Below, piece after piece: positions 60,325-64,000 of a stretch of 64,000 nucleotides of DNA. This DNA is from Lepidodermella squamata (lineage: Eukaryota > Animalia > Gastrotricha). Every line of letters begins with the position of its first letter. The first letter of the stretch is position 1. Below the pieces are notes generated by a model. It was not told where the DNA came from. It saw only the letters and a program-made list of their open reading frames with translations, and did not search any database. Location: assembly GCA_047495785.1 (NCBI GenBank), contig JBLDXI010000026.1, positions 558,001 to 622,000 of the forward strand, written 5' to 3'. The translations under genes and the position numbers were made by a program.

Positions 60325-63033
60325 TTAAACGAACAAGAAACAGCGACGACAAATGAAACTGTAGCACGGTAAAGCCAGGAAAGCTAGCACGGCTTCACCA
60401 GCCGCATTCAGGTTCACAGCTAAATTCGTCGGCCAGCTGTTTTCTGGCATGTTGGTTTGGTTCTGATAGTGAAATGTGGTGATGACCTCAGGTTTCATTG
60501 TCGTTGTGCCTTTCGACACCGTTGCAACATTCGAAGTAGAGGTTTCCGTTGAAGGCACTGTCGTCGATGAGGTGGACGCCCTATCTGTTTTAGAAGCCTT
60601 TGTGGTGGAAGTACCTATCGACGCCGTTGCCACTTTCGAAGTAGAAGTTTTCGTTGAAGGCACTGTCGTCGATTTGGTGGTTTTACTGATGGTCGTAGAG
60701 GAATATTTATTTTTGCGGGTAGTTGGCTGTGTTCGCATCGTCGTCCACAGGTTCGTTGTCGGCCTAACAGTTGTTGTTCGTGGCAACATGGGAGGATCTG
60801 GAATAATCCATGGATCCGTATAGTTGGTATCACGCCTTTCCCAATCATAAACATGAGCACCGAAATTGTCACAGGGCGGATTTCCACAAATAGGCATTGC
60901 TTCGCTACATTTATTATTCAAGCAATATTTCCTTCCGTTTGAGCAAGGCATACCATCCGGTGTCAAACCAGAATTTGGAAACTAAATCATGGGAAAAATT
61001 AGAATTGAAGACTTAGTAATGACTCAATCATATGAAAGGGAAAAGAAATCTTACGCATATAAGAACTCACCGCATCGCTGTCGAAAGAATAACACCCGTT
61101 TCGAATTGCGTAGTGGAATTGGCGCTCTTTCAATACCCACTCAGCAGCATTCCAACATGTCAGAGATCCACATTCAGCATCTTCTGCATTAGCACAACGA
61201 TGAAATGAAGTCCTGCTTTCATACCCGCAGTGAGCCCCTACTATCCCTAGCATATTATTCGGTTGGCATTCAGATGCTCGATCCTCGTAAAACCTCCCAA
61301 GCATCAAGCGGGGACAGATCTCCTGCCGGCTTAAGCATTCACCCGCATGACATGTTCCGTTCAATTTCGACCAGAAATAAGTGATTACGCAGGACGTTCC
61401 TGTCATGAAGACTCGATCTTTCGGGCAAGCCGGTGAATTCCCAGAGCAATATTCAGCCAGGTCACACTGCGAAGTCGCAGCCCGGCAACGCTTCGATTTG
61501 CCGTAGAACGAGCATGTCGAGGGATTGCAGCATTCACCTTGGGCGCAGGCGGCGCGCTTGCTCAGTTTGCATGTTCTAGAATCGCAGCATTGCTTGTTTT
61601 TGCAAAACAGCCCCGGAAAATTATTTCTTCCAGGCGGCCCTTGCTCTATCCCACAGTCGCATTCCTCGCCCTTTTCCACAATACCATTACCGCAAATTCC
61701 TTCCTTAATACCATAATTCGGGCTTATTTCCGGTGGTTTCTTGAGACAATAAGGCGCTAATCGGCTAAGGCTTTTCAAGTGTCCACTTATGAAGCTACGC
61801 GAGCAATTCGACCACGCCCAATCGGCTTTCCGTTCACTTTCATCAACATCCGAATCAGCTTGCATGACGCAATTGCGATCATAACTGGGACATGAGCAAT
61901 TCTCAGTATCGTGAGCCGCATCTAAAATTTCAACGGGTATTATTATTATTTAAATAGCTAAGTATTCTTTGTTTAACCAACTCACCAAACCCATGTCCTA
62001 GTTCGTGCGATATTGTGGACGAAAGCTGTAAAATTCGCCCTGGTAATGTTGTATATCGTCTTCCTGACTTGACAACAGCCAAGCTTGCTGTTACATTTCG
62101 ATATTTACAGACACTTTGACGGCGCGTAATGCCGATAATATTAAGTTGCTTATCAAATCGAGGATGCAAATGTTTGAATAAAATTACGTAATCAAAACTT
62201 TTAGAGTAGTTGAAATCTGACCAGATATTCTCCTTCACGTAAGCTATGTCGCTATCAATGTCCCAAGCCGTGTCGTTGTACGAGGATTCATTAAGTATTT
62301 TAATTAGAGGTAAGTAAATCAAAACGTTATTTTGAGACCAAACCAAGTTGACATAATTGAAGATGTTTGATATCACTGAAAAAGTATGATCTACATTTGA
62401 CTCGAAAATTGTTGTAAAGGCGCTTGCTGTTACGAGAGCAAGAACTCGTAAGTGATACCATTGGCGATGTTGAATATCCCTCGTTAGCTCATGTATCCAT
62501 TCATAATTCAAAGATAACAATGTGGGATCTGTAAAAACTTGTTTAATGTCTGAATGATTTTGATATTCGCCAAGCATCGAAAAATTCCACAACTTTGCGT
62601 CACCACCCTCCATGGAAATGATAGCTTTATCGCCTGGTAACCAAACCAGCCCAGATGTGAAGCCAGGGCAAAAGCTGAACATGCATTTGGTCAGGTGGGA
62701 AGATGTTTCAAAAGAGGCTATGCCGTTGTATTGACAGGATTTGTAGGTCCCTATGGTGCCTTCGAAATCGATGCTGAAGTTAAGTGGAATAAATCGCCGG
62801 TTTATTGCCAACTCACATCGGCCACTCTGGTCAGTTTTAGGAATGACAAAATTGACAACCAGCGTGTTGGGATTTTCCTCCTCAGTTGCGAGAATCCGGC
62901 TCTTACTATTCAAAGGCTTCGTCACAGTAACACGGCCAGGACCAAGAGGTTTCTCGTGCCATGTACCAAAGCCATTGAGCTCTTGGTATGACAGCTTCAA
63001 ATGCATGAGCAAAATTGTTGCAAGGAGGAGCAT
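60325..63033 (-). CDS. ADAM-family metalloprotease (pro, reprolysin, disintegrin, Cys-rich, Thr-rich stalk, hydrophobic C-terminus)
   Basis: Signal peptide; HELGHGF|DAAHD across intron 61922-61985 followed by a CVM Met-turn; CGNGIVEKGEECDCG; CDLAEYCSG; no cytoplasmic tail. Confidence 0.9.
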
Positions 63034-63544
63034 TAATTTCTTAAATCAAACAACAAAGTTTGATTTGTCGGTGGTGATCTAAGCAGCTGAAATACTTACA
63101 GATCAAGTCACATTCAATCAACTCACGAGATAGGTAAAAAGATGTGAATTTCTCAAGGATCTTTAAGGAGGAAGTTTTTACTGAGTTAAAGCGAACTGCA
63201 TCGCAAGTCAATATTGTTGCCATCGATTTCGTTGCGGCTGGAGGTAGTTTCACAGGGCCATGGAACTACGTCGGTGGCAGTCGTTTCGCTCAAATAGCGA
63301 TAGGACTGGCGTCGTTCTAATTCTTTTCGTTAATGAATAATCAGGCATTTTCCAAAAAGTCTACTGGTTTGTACTTGAATCCAACCCGACCATATGGGAC
63401 AGCTATTGTTAGATTATTGGGTCCCCCTATTATAGGAACCAAATGTTCAATGAGCGGATCCTAAATTGCTGTTGCGAACCCAAGTTTTGGAATATTCATT
63501 GGGCCTGAAACCAATTTGGTGGACTTCCAAGGATGTCAGCCATT

Positions 63545-63772
63545 TTATTGTACGGCGACAAAACCGCGACAAAGCCGATTAGCGCGAACAGCGAATGCGA
63601 CACAACAGCAACTTTTTTATTTCGCGACAAAACCGCAACCTAGCAGAACAGCGAATGCGACAAGACAGCAACTTTTTTTATTTCGCGACAAAACCGCAAC
63701 CTAGCAGAACAGCGAATGCGACAAAACAGCAACTTCGCAGAACAGCGAATGTGCGACAAAACAGCGAAAACC
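63545..63772. repeat. Minisatellite with about 57-bp unit (GACAAAACCGCAACCTAGCAGAACAGCGAATGCGAC...)
   Basis: Three to four imperfect tandem copies. Confidence 0.85.
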
Positions 63773-64000
63773 TACCATGTAAAAGGTGCATCTTGTTTCT
63801 GCTGATAGTTTGCAAATTGGAAATGCTGCTGTTTTCTCGTTGTTGCTGTTTTGAGTATTTGCTGTTATGACGGTCTGCCATTTATAGACCATGGAAATTC
63901 TAAAAAATTATTTTCACATTCAGCGTGAAAATCTGTTAACTTTTCAGGAAATCATACACGTTCCCTAAAATTGTCATGATTATTCTAAAATCAATATTCG

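Noticed and set aside
63516-63892. ORFs with repeated ATKPQPSRTANA
   Set aside because: Translations of the roughly 57-bp minisatellite.

Overview
This is a gene-dense eukaryotic window from an invertebrate metazoan, with GT-AG introns of mostly 40-60 nt; the taxon cannot be fixed from sequence alone. It is dominated by a 14-copy expansion of highly atypical nuclear-receptor-like genes (P-box CEACQKFFRR, 14-residue first-finger loop, hypervariable D-box, diverged LBD). Ten of the copies form a head-to-tail array at 42.3-59.6 kb. The first copy is split by an apparently intact 3.6-kb DNA transposon (2596-6239) with 34-bp TIRs, CAT...ATG ends and a 2-bp AA target duplication. It encodes a RAG1/Transib-like DDE transposase tail-to-tail with an acidic Myb/SANT-like partner gene, and is the most novel-looking element here. 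Between the receptor genes lie mostly secreted or surface proteins: two Gly/Arg/Asp repeat proteins, two intronless dermatopontin-like plus beta-pore-forming-like proteins, a probably GPI-anchored Cu/Zn SOD lacking the catalytic Arg, a Sushi protein, three LU-like/CD164-endolyn-type membrane proteins, two Kunitz-PAN proteins and an ADAM. A degenerate rabenosyn-5-like FYVE gene is also present. The left end holds a Penelope-like GIY-YIG remnant with a hammerhead ribozyme and P-element-type excision footprints. All family calls come from motif recognition by eye; no searches were run.
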